In this document: piece after piece, positions 47,355 through 57,531 of the stretch
Numbering within the stretch: the first letter of the stretch is position 1
How the letters are laid out: each line of letters starts with the position of its first letter
Source: Candidatus Nanopelagicales bacterium
Lineage (GTDB): Bacteria; Actinomycetota; Actinomycetes; S36-B12
Direction: 5' to 3'
Assembly (NCBI GenBank): GCA_049315365.1
Contig: JBMOKH010000001.1
Location: 934 to 64,933, forward strand
DNA: 64,000 bases
The notes under the pieces: model-generated
The model's input: only the letters and a program-made list of their open reading frames with translations
Told to the model about the DNA's origin: nothing
Database searches by the model: none
Program-made: the position numbers and the translations under genes

Positions 47355-49922
47355 GTGGCTGACGACACCTCGACCGTCGAAGAGACGGGGCCGGGCCATC
47401 ACGGCCGAATCGAGCCCGTCGACCTCCAGACGGAGATGCAACGCTCGTACCTCGACTACTCGATGTCCGTCATCGTGTCGCGGGCGCTCCCCGACGTACG
47501 CGACGGGCTCAAGCCGGTCCACCGCCGAGTCCTGTACGCCATGTACGACGGCGGCTACCGACCCGATCGAAATTTCTCCAAGAGTGCCCGGGTCGTCGGC
47601 GATGTCATGGGCAGCTACCACCCGCACGGCGACACCGCGATCTACGACGCACTGGTCCGCCTTGCCCAGCCGTGGTCCCTTCGCTACCCCCTCGTGCAGG
47701 GCCAGGGCAACTTCGGCTCCCCCGGCAACGATCCGCCCGCGGCCCAGCGCTACACCGAGTGCCGCATGGCACCGCTGGCGATGGAGATGGTCCGCGACAT
47801 CGATGAGGACACCGTCGACTTCGGCCCCAACTACGACGGCCGGACCCAGGAGCCGCGGGTGCTCCCGGCGCGCTTCCCGAACCTGCTCGTCAATGGCAGT
47901 TCCGGGATTGCCGTCGGCATGGCGACGAACATCCCGCCGCACAATCTGCGCGAGGTGGCAGAGGGAGCGCAGTGGCTGCTCGCGAACCCAGACGCCGACC
48001 GCGAGACCCGTCAGGCCGCGCTCGTCGGAATCGTCAAGGGTCCCGACTTCCCGACAGGCGCGCTCATCGTCGGCCGCAAGGGCATAGATGACTACTTCCG
48101 CACTGGGCGTGGCTCGGTCACGATGCGCGCAGTTGTCACCGTCGACGAGGATGCACGCGGCCGGCAGGTCCTCGTCGTCACCGAACTGCCGTACCAGGTC
48201 AATCCCGACAACCTGCTCCTGCGCATTGCTGAGCTCGTCGGCGAGGGCAAGCTCACCGGCATCGCTGACATCCGCGACGATTCCTCCTCGCGCACCGGCA
48301 TGCGGCTCATCATCGACCTCAAGCGCGATGCCGTAGCGCAGGTCGTGCTGAACCAGCTCTACAAGCACACGCAACTGCAGGACAATTTCGGCGCGAACAT
48401 GCTCGCCCTCGTCGATGGCGTCCCGCGAACCCTCACCCTCGAGCAGTTCATCCGCTACTGGATCACCCACCAGATCGAGGTGCTGCAGCGGCGCACGAGG
48501 TATCGCCTACGCAAGGCCGAGGAGCGCGCTCATATCCTGCGCGGCTACCTCAAGGCCCTCGATGCACTGGACGAGGTGATTGCGCTCATCCGTGCCTCGG
48601 CCACAGTCGACGATGCCCGAACCGGGCTCATGGGCTTGCTCGAGCTCGACGAGATCCAGGCCACGGCGATCCTTGATATGCAACTGCGGCGACTGGCCGC
48701 CCTTGAGCGACAGAAGATCATCGATGAGTTCGATGAGCTCACCGCCAAGATCGCCGACTACAACGACATCCTCGCGAATGAGGCGCGGCAGCGGTCGATC
48801 ATCTCCGAGGAACTAGCGGAGGTCACAGCGAAGTTCGGTGACGAGCGTCGAAGCGAGTTCATCTCCTGGGATGGCGATGTCAACGACGAGGACCTCATCG
48901 CAGTCGAAGACGTCGTCGTGACGATCACATCCGGCGGCTACGCCAAGCGAACTAAGGCTGACCTCTACCGCGCTCAGCGCCGCGGCGGACGAGGCGTGAA
49001 AGGGGCTGCACTGCGTCAGGATGATGTCGTCGAGCACCTCTTCGTCACAACGACCCATCACTGGATTCTCTTCTTCACGAACAAGGGCCGCGTCTACCGG
49101 GCGAAGGCATACCAACTCCCTGACTCTGGCCGTGATGCCCGCGGCCAGCATGTGGCCAACCTGCTCGCCTTCCAGCCTGATGAGGCCATCACCCAGGTCC
49201 TCGCCATCGACAACTACGCCGCGGGTGAGAACCTCGTCCTTGCCACCCGAAACGGGATGGTCAAGAAGACGAAACTGTCGGACTACGACACGAACCGTCA
49301 GGGCGGGATCATCGCCATCAACCTCGGCGACGATGACGAGCTCATCTCTGCTCGCCTGGTGTCAGATCAGGATGAACTGCTCCTCGTCTCCCGAAAGGGA
49401 ATGTCGGCGCGGTTCTCGGGCAACGACGACACTCTGCGCCCCATGGGCCGCGCCACGAGTGGCGTCATCGGCATGAGATTCCGTGAAGGTGATGCCCTGC
49501 TCTCCATGGAGGTTGTCCAGCCCGACACCTTCGTCGTGACGATCACCGATGGTGGCTTCGCCAAGCGGACACCGGTCAGCGAGTGGGCAACCAAGGGCCG
49601 CGGCATTCTAGGCGTGCGTGCCATGCGTCTCACTGAAGCGCGCGGCTCGCTCGTGGGGGCCATGGTGTGCCAGGCGAGTGACCAGATCTTCGCCATCGCA
49701 TCCAATGGCGTGGTGATCCGGACTAAGGTCGAGGAGATCCGCCCGTCGGGCCGCGACACCATGGGGGTCACCCTCATGAATCTCACGGGGGACGACACCG
49801 TGGTGGCAGTAGCCCGGGGCGCCGAAAATGAAGAAGAGGACGACATCATCGCGGAATACATTGACGCCCCCGCGGTCGGTGATTCGACGGAGGAGGTCAC
49901 CGTGGCTGAGGAGTCGACGTGA
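47355..49922 (+). CDS. gyrA: DNA gyrase subunit A
   Basis: '[14 protein letters not shown]', '[18 protein letters not shown]', active-site region 'AQRYTECRM', GyrA-box beta-pinwheel repeats, acidic tail. No intein. Confidence 0.98.
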   Translation: MADDTSTVEETGPGHHGRIEPVDLQTEMQRSYLDYSMSVIVSRALPDVRDGLKPVHRRVLYAMYDGGYRPDRNFSKSARVVGDVMGSYHPHGDTAIYDALVRLAQPWSLRYPLVQGQGNFGSPGNDPPAAQRYTECRMAPLAMEMVRDIDEDTVDFGPNYDGRTQEPRVLPARFPNLLVNGSSGIAVGMATNIPPHNLREVAEGAQWLLANPDADRETRQAALVGIVKGPDFPTGALIVGRKGIDDYFRTGRGSVTMRAVVTVDEDARGRQVLVVTELPYQVNPDNLLLRIAELVGEGKLTGIADIRDDSSSRTGMRLIIDLKRDAVAQVVLNQLYKHTQLQDNFGANMLALVDGVPRTLTLEQFIRYWITHQIEVLQRRTRYRLRKAEERAHILRGYLKALDALDEVIALIRASATVDDARTGLMGLLELDEIQATAILDMQLRRLAALERQKIIDEFDELTAKIADYNDILANEARQRSIISEELAEVTAKFGDERRSEFISWDGDVNDEDLIAVEDVVVTITSGGYAKRTKADLYRAQRRGGRGVKGAALRQDDVVEHLFVTTTHHWILFFTNKGRVYRAKAYQLPDSGRDARGQHVANLLAFQPDEAITQVLAIDNYAAGENLVLATRNGMVKKTKLSDYDTNRQGGIIAINLGDDDELISARLVSDQDELLLVSRKGMSARFSGNDDTLRPMGRATSGVIGMRFREGDALLSMEVVQPDTFVVTITDGGFAKRTPVSEWATKGRGILGVRAMRLTEARGSLVGAMVCQASDQIFAIASNGVVIRTKVEEIRPSGRDTMGVTLMNLTGDDTVVAVARGAENEEEDDIIAEYIDAPAVGDSTEEVTVAEEST

Positions 49923-50308
49923 CGGCGGAGTTAACGTCCGGCCCCCGGCAGGCTCGCCTCTACCTGTCAAGGGTTGACCCATGGTCGGTCGCGAAGGCGG
50001 CGTTCATGCTCGCGATCGCCGTGGGAATCGTCATCGTGGTCTCGGTTTCGGTGCTGTGGTTCGCCCTCAGCTCACTCGGGGTCTTCGAGACACTCTCGAG
50101 AAACGTCAATGAGGTGATCGGGAATTCACAGGCCAACTTCGACCTGATGACCGTGCTGGACTTCTCCCGAGTGCTCGGCGTGACGATCGTCCTCGCATCC
50201 GTCGAGGTCATCCTCGTCTCGGTGCTCGCGACCATCTTCGCGTTCATGTACAACCTCACGGTCGGCCTTACCGGCGGTGTTGAGGTGGTGCTCACCGACC
50301 GAAATTGA
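49919..50308 (+). CDS. DUF3566 membrane protein (Rv0007-like)
   Basis: GTGA overlap with the gyrA stop. '[21 protein letters not shown]' plus further helices. Conserved slot after gyrA. Confidence 0.75.
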   Translation: MTAELTSGPRQARLYLSRVDPWSVAKAAFMLAIAVGIVIVVSVSVLWFALSSLGVFETLSRNVNEVIGNSQANFDLMTVLDFSRVLGVTIVLASVEVILVSVLATIFAFMYNLTVGLTGGVEVVLTDRN

Positions 50309-50388
50309 TCACTCGCCGGACGCTATTCGAGGGGGATTGGTGCTTGCCCGTCCCCGTCCGGTAACCTGATCAGCCGCACCCGCGAAAC

Positions 50389-50463
50389 GGGCCTATAGCT
50401 CAGCTTGGTTAGAGCGCTTCCCTGATAAGGAAGAGGTCGGTGGTTCAAGTCCACCTAGGCCCA
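50389..50463 (+). tRNA. tRNA-Ile (anticodon GAT)
   Basis: Hand-folded cloverleaf: acceptor GGGCCTA/TAGGCCC, D arm GCTC-AGCTTGGTTA-GAGC, anticodon arm CTTCC-CTGATAA-GGAAG, T arm GGTGG-TTCAAGT-CCACC, discriminator A. CCA is not encoded. Confidence 0.95.
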
Positions 50464-50464
50464 C

Positions 50465-50590
50465 GTGAAGAAACTGCTGCTGCTCGCTGCCCTCGCCGGT
50501 GTCGGATATGTCGTGTACCGACAGGTCACCGCGAAAAAAGCGGAGCAGGACCTCTGGTCCGAAGCAACCTCGGAACCAGACTTGCGCTGA
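50465..50590 (+). CDS. 41-aa single-TM small protein with DLW motif (DLW-39-like)
   Basis: GTG..TGA translates to VKKLLLLAALAGVGYVVYRQVTAKKAEQDLWSEATSEPDLR*. It fills the tRNA-Ile/tRNA-Ala spacer. High-GC third positions. Not in the track (<60 aa). Confidence 0.55.
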   Translation: MKKLLLLAALAGVGYVVYRQVTAKKAEQDLWSEATSEPDLR

Positions 50591-50639
50591 CGAGTGAGAC
50601 AACTGAATATCGGCACGACGCACGGCCTCGGAACACCGA

Positions 50640-50712
50640 GGGGGTTTAGCTCAGTTGGTAGAGCGCTGCCTTTGCAAGGCAGAAGTCAGGAGTTCGAGTC
50701 TCCTAACCTCCA
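50640..50712 (+). tRNA. tRNA-Ala (anticodon TGC)
   Basis: Acceptor GGGGGTT/AACCTCC with the G3:U70 alanine identity pair. Anticodon arm CTGCC-TTTGCAA-GGCAG, T arm AGGAG-TTCGAGT-CTCCT. CCA is not encoded. Confidence 0.95.
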
Positions 50713-50773
50713 CCCGTATCAGAGCATGTTGCCCTTGCATGTCAAAGCCCCCCGGGGACTGCGTGTGGCCAAC

Positions 50774-52423
50774 CTACGACGCGGCCAGTTGGTTTCGGTA
50801 AAAGTCGGCTACAGCGCTGAACTGCAGTGAGCCCCAACCACTGGCCGGATCGAAACCCGGCGCCGCTGTGCAGCACCCAACGCCATAGAGGTCATTGGTA
50901 CCGATGGTGACATCAGTGAAGTACGAGGAGGCGCCCACAGGCGCCGAATAGAGCGCCCAATTGGGCAGCCCGAGCCGGACGCTTGGGTTGGCACTGAGGG
51001 ATTGAAGGACGGAGGCCAGACCGCCCGCGACGCCAGGAGCCGTGGCCGACGTGCCGCCGACGACAGTGAACTCGCACGAGCCGCCGGTCGTGCAGACCGG
51101 AATCGGCCCGAAGTCGGCCGGTGATGACACGAATGCCACATCTGGCGTGATGCGGCCCCCGCTAATGCCGAGTGAAGTCTGGTAGGCGGGCTGCGGAAGG
51201 CTACTCACCGTGGATCCGCCGCCTGCGTAACTCGGGCTGGAGTTCCAGACTTGCTGACCCGAGTCAAAATCACCAGCGGTGGTCGACTGGGTGCCGCCGA
51301 CCGACAGCACATTCGGCGATGATGACGGGTACTGGGCGGCCTGGTCGGTGCTGCCGGGGGCACATGCGGATGAACCGGTGTCGCCAGAAGACGCGACTAC
51401 CGTCACCCCGGTGGCGGCAGCCGACATGAGCAGCCACTCGGTCACATCGATTGCCTGCTCGGTGAGGTCTGTCTCGCAGAAACCGACGCTCGTCGAGATG
51501 ATCCGGGCACCGCCCGGGGCATAGGTGCCGGCAAGGGCCGCTGCGAACGGGAAGACCAGCGGTGAGTACGGATTGAACTGATAGACGTCGATGCCCGACA
51601 GGCCCGGTGCCATGAGGCTCGCGGCGATGATGTCGAGGGTTGCTTCCTGCGCGACGTCGCCGAAGACGGACGCAGGGGAGGCGTCGACCATGTTCACCGT
51701 GACCGGCGCAATGGGATCACTGAAGCATGACCGATAGAGATCAAGGGCTTGCTGCGAGGTGGGGGCCACCTCGAGCAAGGCGATCCGCACCCCCTTGCCG
51801 ATCGATCCCGCAGTCTGCAGGGGAGCCAGACCGTAGGTGTCCCTGAGCGAGGCGGCCAAGCCCTTCGTGGTCGGACACGGAGCCGGTGTCGATGCCGGGG
51901 CAGCAGGGGAACTCGTCGACGACGCAGTCGGGAGCAGTGCCGCGAGCCCGGCAACCTCGGACACGGTGCTGGAAATCGACTCCGGAGGCGAGATCGGCTT
52001 CGCCGGGCCGGCCACGGACAGGCCGGCTCCTGTTGGGGTCTCGAGGATGTCTGTGCCAAAGAATGTTTGTGCATCCGAGACACTCATCGTGCCGATGAGC
52101 ACGCTGCCGGTGGGATCGAGCTCCCCGGTGAAGCCCGCGGCGTTCAAGGTGCTGAGTGCTGCTTGGGCATCCGCTTCAGAAGCCCCGTACGCGGAGGCAA
52201 TGTCGGCCGGGGTCATCCACTGCGCAAAACTCGGGGACCCGGGGGTGCTCAGCAGTTGCACCTGCTGCGCGAGTCCGGCTTGATCCCGGACGAGTCCAAA
52301 GGCCACGGGCAGTTGCAGGTCTCCAGGAGCGGGGGAGCCATCACCGCCTGATGACGAGCAGCCTGCGAGGGCGATTACCGCACACACTCCGAGCGCTACC
52401 AGGCGTGCCCGGGTTGCCGTCAT
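50774..52423 (-). CDS. Lipoprotein peptidase S53 (sedolisin/kumamolisin-like) with pro-domain
   Basis: Lipobox 'VIALAGCSS'. Pro-domain-like 'LSTPGSPSFAQWMTPADIASAYGASEADAQAA'. Catalytic blocks 'GVRIALLEVAP....D', 'GVTVVASSGDTGSS', 'GGTSATAPGVAG'. Confidence 0.8.
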   Translation of the reverse strand: MTATRARLVALGVCAVIALAGCSSSGGDGSPAPGDLQLPVAFGLVRDQAGLAQQVQLLSTPGSPSFAQWMTPADIASAYGASEADAQAALSTLNAAGFTGELDPTGSVLIGTMSVSDAQTFFGTDILETPTGAGLSVAGPAKPISPPESISSTVSEVAGLAALLPTASSTSSPAAPASTPAPCPTTKGLAASLRDTYGLAPLQTAGSIGKGVRIALLEVAPTSQQALDLYRSCFSDPIAPVTVNMVDASPASVFGDVAQEATLDIIAASLMAPGLSGIDVYQFNPYSPLVFPFAAALAGTYAPGGARIISTSVGFCETDLTEQAIDVTEWLLMSAAATGVTVVASSGDTGSSACAPGSTDQAAQYPSSSPNVLSVGGTQSTTAGDFDSGQQVWNSSPSYAGGGSTVSSLPQPAYQTSLGISGGRITPDVAFVSSPADFGPIPVCTTGGSCEFTVVGGTSATAPGVAGGLASVLQSLSANPSVRLGLPNWALYSAPVGASSYFTDVTIGTNDLYGVGCCTAAPGFDPASGWGSLQFSAVADFYRNQLAAS

Positions 52424-52574
52424 TTCAAGCCATCCTCAACGATCATCCAACGTGGGAATGCGAACAAACGCGACCCTACCGGCGATGGACCGGCTTACCC
52501 CGCAACGCGCACGTTCGGGTCCCCGACTCCGTCGGGCTGATGTCGCTCCGGCGACTTGACCCGGTGGCTGACCG

Positions 52575-53579
52575 TCACCGATCGTGGCGGGTTACCTGAC
52601 CCATGATCAGGCCCTCGCGCAGCGCGTAGGCGGCGGCAGCAGCGCGGTTCGGCGCACTGAGCTTGGCGAGGATGTGCTCGACATGCGTTGCGACCGTGCG
52701 GTTACTGATGACAAGGGCGTCGCCGATCTCCTGATTCGATAACCCCTCCGCCGCGAGGGTGAGCACCTCGAGCTCGCGGCGACTGAGGGGCCCAATATCG
52801 ATCGAGTCCATGCTCACGACGGTCGTGATCGGTTGTTCGCCTCGACACGGCACGACGCGGACCCGAAACCAGTCATCGTCATCGGGCCAGACGAATGATC
52901 CCCACGAGTTATGCACAGCGGCCCCCTTGGCCACTTCAAGCAATTCAGTGCCATCCGCTAGGAGCTTGTGGCCGGTGAGCCCGGGGATGCTGATCGCGGC
53001 CCCGGCGTCATCCAAGCCGACGGCCATGCTCCCGGCACCCAGCAGCATGGCAATCCACTTGCCGGATTGGAGCGGGTCAGCGAGGTTCCCCAGGGTCGCG
53101 CACAGGTGGGCCACGGCATCCCGGGCAATGTCGCTCGGGTGTTCAGTAGACAGGGTTGAGAGGTTGATGACTCCCGTCACACGTCCGTCGGGGGTCCGAA
53201 GGCACATGGTGAGGCCCTCTTTGAAACCCGCCGGGTAGAGCACATCAGCGACGGCCCAGTTGTCCAGCGGGTCTCCTGGCAAATCACGCATGCGAATCGG
53301 TCGCCCAGTAGCTTTGATTCCGAGGGCGTCCATCAATTCGTGGAACTCAGCGCTGTGCAATTCATCGAGGATCTGCTGCGAGTAGCCCTCGGAAGCGATC
53401 TGGACCGACTCGCCGGTGAGGGGGTTGATGGAGCAGATCTCAGCGGCCTCGAAGGGAATGATCCGCTTGAGCTCCTCAAGGACAGCCCTGCCTCGCTCCG
53501 CTACTGGGCCACTGTCCGATGCGATTGCGGCAATCGTCCCCATCGCACCGATGGTGGAATCGACCTCGACGGCAGACAT
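52575..53579 (-). CDS. LuxR-family transcriptional regulator with N-terminal GAF-like sensor region
   Basis: C-terminal HTH 'LSRRELEVLTLAAEGLSNQEIGDALVISNRTVATHVEHILAKL'. ATG 53579 chosen. The upstream 72 codons of the track ORF are low-complexity and would cover the divergent promoter. Confidence 0.8.
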   Translation of the reverse strand: MSAVEVDSTIGAMGTIAAIASDSGPVAERGRAVLEELKRIIPFEAAEICSINPLTGESVQIASEGYSQQILDELHSAEFHELMDALGIKATGRPIRMRDLPGDPLDNWAVADVLYPAGFKEGLTMCLRTPDGRVTGVINLSTLSTEHPSDIARDAVAHLCATLGNLADPLQSGKWIAMLLGAGSMAVGLDDAGAAISIPGLTGHKLLADGTELLEVAKGAAVHNSWGSFVWPDDDDWFRVRVVPCRGEQPITTVVSMDSIDIGPLSRRELEVLTLAAEGLSNQEIGDALVISNRTVATHVEHILAKLSAPNRAAAAAYALREGLIMGQVTRHDR

Positions 53580-53789
53580 ACGCGCATCGTGACACCTCTG
53601 TCGTGCGTCTCGCAGCGGAACATGCACGATTCGATCGTTCGTAACCAAACAGATACACGACGGGCGCAACTCACCTCCCAAAACAGGAGAAGCAAATCGG
53701 TAGAAATACGGATAGCCGCGACGACTCGTTGTCGCAATCATGTGTCTACCCGGGCGTCTTCGTGCGCTCCGCCTAGAACTGGAGGCTCC

Positions 53790-55130
53790 ATGCAACGCGC
53801 TCGAATAACCACTCTCGCAGCCACGGTCGCGACCGCAACCCTGCTGCTCGCCGCGTGCGGCGGCGGCTCCGAGACAGCCACCGAGTCGGCTGCCCCCGCC
53901 GCCTCCGCGGCATCATCAGCGGCGCCCGCCGAAGGCGGCCCCGCCACGGGCGAGCCGATCGTGATCGGCATGCCGATCGCGCAGTCCGGTCCCGCCGGCA
54001 TCGCGGATCACAAGGATTGCTGGAACGGCGCGATCCTCGCCCAGGAGACGATCAACGCGAACGGCGGAGTGAATGGCCGTCCGATCGAGTTGGATGTCAC
54101 CGACATCGACATCCTCACCCCCGAGGGCATCACGGCTGGATTCCAGAAACTGACCGGTGATGGCGTGAGCGCGCTCGTCAGCCCGTTCGTCATCATTCCG
54201 CCCCCCGCGCTAGACGTTGCCGCCGCCTACGGTGCTCCGTACATGAGCGGTGACACGAATATTGACGCCCAGAACATCAGGGCAAGTGATCCGGCGAAGT
54301 ATGGCAACTATTTCGTGGACCCGGCCGAGACCTACTACGGCACCGGATTCGTCACCTTCCTGTCCCAGTTGAAGGATTCGGGCAAGTGGACCCCGAAGAA
54401 CAACAAGGTCGACATCATCCGTGGTGACACCGCCTACAACCAGAACATCGCTCAGGCGACGATCGATGCGATCGCCGCCACCGAGGGTGCATGGGAGCTT
54501 GGCGAGGTCATCGACATCACGGCCGGAACGAAGGACTGGTCGCCGGTCCTGCAGAAGCTCGCAGCGAACGATGCCGGAGCCATCATGGTCGACCACTGGA
54601 TCGGTGCTGAGCTCGCATCCTTCTCGCAGCAGTTTGCTGCCGCACCGGTTGATGGCTCGCTCGTCTACCTCCAGTACGGACCGTCACAGCCTGAGTACCT
54701 CGAGATCGCCGGTGACTCGGCCGAGGGCTTCGTCTGGGGAACCGTCATCGGAACCGGCAACACGAGCGCCGAGGACAAGGCATTCCGTGCGGCCTACCAG
54801 GCAAAGTTCGCCGTGGATGACAAGACCATGGGCCTTGTCTACCCGGCGTGGTGCTACGACATGGTGAACGTTCTGGCGAATGCCTGGGCGAATGCCGACC
54901 CGGCGGACTTTGCGGCGGTCAATGCGTACATCGCGGCGAACCCGACGAATGGCGTCACGGGCCACCTCGACTTCGCAAACGGCGCGGTGCCGATCTACCC
55001 GACGGTCGAGACCGATCCCGCAGCCGGTGTCACGCACTACTTCTACCAGGTCCAAGACGGTCGCCACACGGTGATCGCACCCGACATCGACGCGGAGGCA
55101 GCCTTTGCTCCCGCACCGTGGATGAAGTAG
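53790..55130 (+). CDS. ABC transporter substrate-binding lipoprotein, branched-chain amino acid/amide (LivJ/AmiC-like, Peripla_BP_6) family
   Basis: GGAGG lies 5 nt upstream of ATG 53790. Lipobox 'LLLAACGGG'. 'IVIGMPIAQSGPAG....AILAQETINANGGVNGRPIEL'. The first 150 codons of the track ORF overlap the LuxR gene and are rejected. Confidence 0.85.
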   Translation: MQRARITTLAATVATATLLLAACGGGSETATESAAPAASAASSAAPAEGGPATGEPIVIGMPIAQSGPAGIADHKDCWNGAILAQETINANGGVNGRPIELDVTDIDILTPEGITAGFQKLTGDGVSALVSPFVIIPPPALDVAAAYGAPYMSGDTNIDAQNIRASDPAKYGNYFVDPAETYYGTGFVTFLSQLKDSGKWTPKNNKVDIIRGDTAYNQNIAQATIDAIAATEGAWELGEVIDITAGTKDWSPVLQKLAANDAGAIMVDHWIGAELASFSQQFAAAPVDGSLVYLQYGPSQPEYLEIAGDSAEGFVWGTVIGTGNTSAEDKAFRAAYQAKFAVDDKTMGLVYPAWCYDMVNVLANAWANADPADFAAVNAYIAANPTNGVTGHLDFANGAVPIYPTVETDPAAGVTHYFYQVQDGRHTVIAPDIDAEAAFAPAPWMK

Positions 55131-55133
55131 TCG

Positions 55134-55892
55134 ATGCCACTCCTGTCCTGCACCGACATCACGCTTGACCTCGGTGGTCGGCGGATTCTCGAGAGCGTCA
55201 CGCTCGAGGTAGGCAGGGCAGAGGTTGTCGGTCTTGCCGGCCCCAATGGGGCCGGCAAGACCAGCCTCTTCGAAGTGCTGTCGGGCCGCCAACTCAACCA
55301 TGGCGGCGACGTCACCCTCGACGGGACTTCCATCAGGAAACTGCCGATGCGCGAGCGGGTTGAACGAGGCCTCGTGCGCAGCTACCAGAGGCCGATCGTG
55401 CCGGCCGCCCTCACGGTCGGCGAGACCCTCAAGGCCGCACGCAGGGCCTTCAAGCCCTACCCGTCACGCCTTCGCGTGGAGTGGGCCGCGGAGTTCGTGA
55501 GACTGCGCGCTCACATGGACCAGCCCACCGGATCACTCGAGACCCTAGAGCGCCGCAAGCTCATGCTGGCCTGCCTCCTCGTCCGCGATCCGCGGATCGT
55601 CCTGCTCGACGAACCCGCCTCAGGACTGACCGGCTCCGAGATCGATGAGATCGACCTCGTCGTTCGCAAACTCTCACAAGAGTTCGGAATTGCCGTCCTG
55701 CTCATCGAGCACCGACTCGAACTGCTCGCAATGGTCGCGTCGAGGGTGCTCGTTCTCGACGTCGGAACGATCATTGCCGAAGGCCCGCCCGAGACCGTGT
55801 TCACCCTCCCGGCAGTCCGGCAGGCCTACTTCGACATACCCATCATCGACGCTGAGAGCCTCGATTCATCAGGATTGAGCGTGGCGATCTGA
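55134..55892 (+). CDS. ABC transporter ATP-binding protein (LivG-like)
   Basis: Walker A 'GPNGAGKTSLF', signature-like 'LETLERRKL', Walker B 'IVLLDEPASGL'. Confidence 0.9.
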   Translation: MPLLSCTDITLDLGGRRILESVTLEVGRAEVVGLAGPNGAGKTSLFEVLSGRQLNHGGDVTLDGTSIRKLPMRERVERGLVRSYQRPIVPAALTVGETLKAARRAFKPYPSRLRVEWAAEFVRLRAHMDQPTGSLETLERRKLMLACLLVRDPRIVLLDEPASGLTGSEIDEIDLVVRKLSQEFGIAVLLIEHRLELLAMVASRVLVLDVGTIIAEGPPETVFTLPAVRQAYFDIPIIDAESLDSSGLSVAI

Positions 55893-56641
55893 TGGCGATT
55901 CTTGAACTTGTTCGGGTATCGGCCGGCTACGGGCCGGTGCGCGTTCTTCACGACCTCAATCTCTCAGTCAATCCCGGCGAGCGCCTTGGCTTGGTCGGTC
56001 TCAACGGCCATGGCAAGACGACGATGCTCAGCGCAATCGTCGGCCTGACCGGTTGGCAGGATGGCTCGATCATCTTCGAGGGCCACCAGATCGGTGGGCG
56101 CCGCACCCACGGGGTCGGACGCAAGACGCCCAGTATCGTCCGACGGGGCATAGCACTCGCTCCGCAGGGGGATGCGATCTTTCCAGGCCTGACCGTGAAA
56201 GAGAACCTGGATTCCGGGGCGTACACGCGGGCCACCTGGCGGTCCCGCCGGCGTCGACGTGATCACGTCCTTGACGTCTTCGCCCCCCTTCGCCCGCTCC
56301 TGCGTCAGTCAGCGGGGACGCTCTCGGGCGGCGAGAGGCGCATGGTCTCCGTCGGCCGGGCACTTATGGCCGACGCCAAGCTCTACCTCGTCGACGAGCC
56401 ATCGCTCGGACTTGCCCCGAAGATCTCCCTCGGTCTCGTCGCCGCGTTATGCGAGATCGACATCGGTGACGGCGCCATGATCATCGCGGAGCAGAACCTC
56501 CCACTGCTGCAGGGCCGGGTCGACCGGGTCCTTGGGATGCATGCGGGTGAGTTGAAGCAGGACGTGGGTGAAGCCCTCGGCGATATTCCGCCAGCCGCCG
56601 AGGCCATGGCCCAGGGCATCCACCACGGGCAGGCGCTCTGA
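55892..56641 (+). CDS. ABC transporter ATP-binding protein (LivF-like)
   Basis: Walker A 'GLNGHGKTT', signature 'LSGGERRMVSVGRAL', Walker B 'LYLVDEPSLGLAP'. ATGA overlaps at both ends. Confidence 0.9.
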   Translation: MAILELVRVSAGYGPVRVLHDLNLSVNPGERLGLVGLNGHGKTTMLSAIVGLTGWQDGSIIFEGHQIGGRRTHGVGRKTPSIVRRGIALAPQGDAIFPGLTVKENLDSGAYTRATWRSRRRRRDHVLDVFAPLRPLLRQSAGTLSGGERRMVSVGRALMADAKLYLVDEPSLGLAPKISLGLVAALCEIDIGDGAMIIAEQNLPLLQGRVDRVLGMHAGELKQDVGEALGDIPPAAEAMAQGIHHGQAL

Positions 56642-57531
56642 TGGATGTCGTCTTCAGTGCGCTCCTGCTCGCCTCGATGTATGGGCTTGTCGCGATCGGA
56701 ATCTCCTTCACGTGGGCCAGCATCGGCATGCTCAACCTGGCGCAAGGCTTCATCTTCACCGCAGGCGGCTATACGGCCTTTCTATTCGCAGAGATCGCCA
56801 CGACGTACGGGGTTGAAGGTGTTGCCCTGTCCGTCGGGCTCATCGTCTCCGGGATGCTGGGCTCGGCGGTGGCCGGACTTGCGGTCGGGCTGGTTGCCTT
56901 TCTGCCACTCCAGGACCGCGACAACTTTCGGACGAGAAGCCTCATCGCAACGCTTGCCATCAGTCTCATCGGGACGCAGGTCTGGCTCATCTTTTTCGGT
57001 CCGCAGAACAAGCCACTCCCGCCCATCTTCGGGACCGGGCGGGTCGAGGTCGCCGGCAGCGGAATCGGCAATGGGCAACTCGGTGCGATCATCGTGGCCA
57101 TTCTCATGCTTGGCGCGGTAATCCTCTGGATGCGGTCAAGCCGGGCCGGCCTTCAGATGCGGGCGATGATGATGAATCCTCTCGGGGCAGCCGTGGTCGG
57201 CGTCTCGGTGAGAACCACGGGCATGCGGGTCCTCGCGATCAGCGGAGCCCTTACCGGCCTTGCTTCAGTGCTGCTCGCACAGACCTTCTTCGTCAGCCCC
57301 ACTTCGGGAGTCCAGCCCCTCACGGTAGGTCTCATCATCTCGCTGGCCGGCGGGCTCGGTTCGATCCCCGGCACGGTCGTGGCCGCTGGGCTGCTCGGGC
57401 TCGCCGAGGCGCTCACGGCCCGGTACCTGCAGCAATCACTCGTACCGTTCGTGCTATTCGGGATCGTGGTGCTCATCCTCATCTTCCGCCCGCGCGGCCT
57501 CGGTGGACTGCTGGAGGATGTCCGTGAGTAA
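56641..57531 (+). CDS. Branched-chain-type ABC transporter permease (LivH-like)
   Basis: 296 aa, about 8 helices. 'LLASMYGLVAIGISFTWASIGMLNLAQG' is typical of HAAT-family permeases. Confidence 0.9.
   Translation: MDVVFSALLLASMYGLVAIGISFTWASIGMLNLAQGFIFTAGGYTAFLFAEIATTYGVEGVALSVGLIVSGMLGSAVAGLAVGLVAFLPLQDRDNFRTRSLIATLAISLIGTQVWLIFFGPQNKPLPPIFGTGRVEVAGSGIGNGQLGAIIVAILMLGAVILWMRSSRAGLQMRAMMMNPLGAAVVGVSVRTTGMRVLAISGALTGLASVLLAQTFFVSPTSGVQPLTVGLIISLAGGLGSIPGTVVAAGLLGLAEALTARYLQQSLVPFVLFGIVVLILIFRPRGLGGLLEDVRE

Noticed and set aside
47328-48470. 380-aa ORF on the minus strand
   Set aside because: It is entirely antisense to gyrA, whose identity on the plus strand is unambiguous. It has no recognisable motifs and is a typical high-GC shadow ORF.
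53340-53789. 150-codon N-terminal extension of the binding-protein ORF
   Set aside because: It overlaps the LuxR gene on the other strand. The real start at 53790 has a GGAGG and is followed immediately by a lipoprotein signal peptide.
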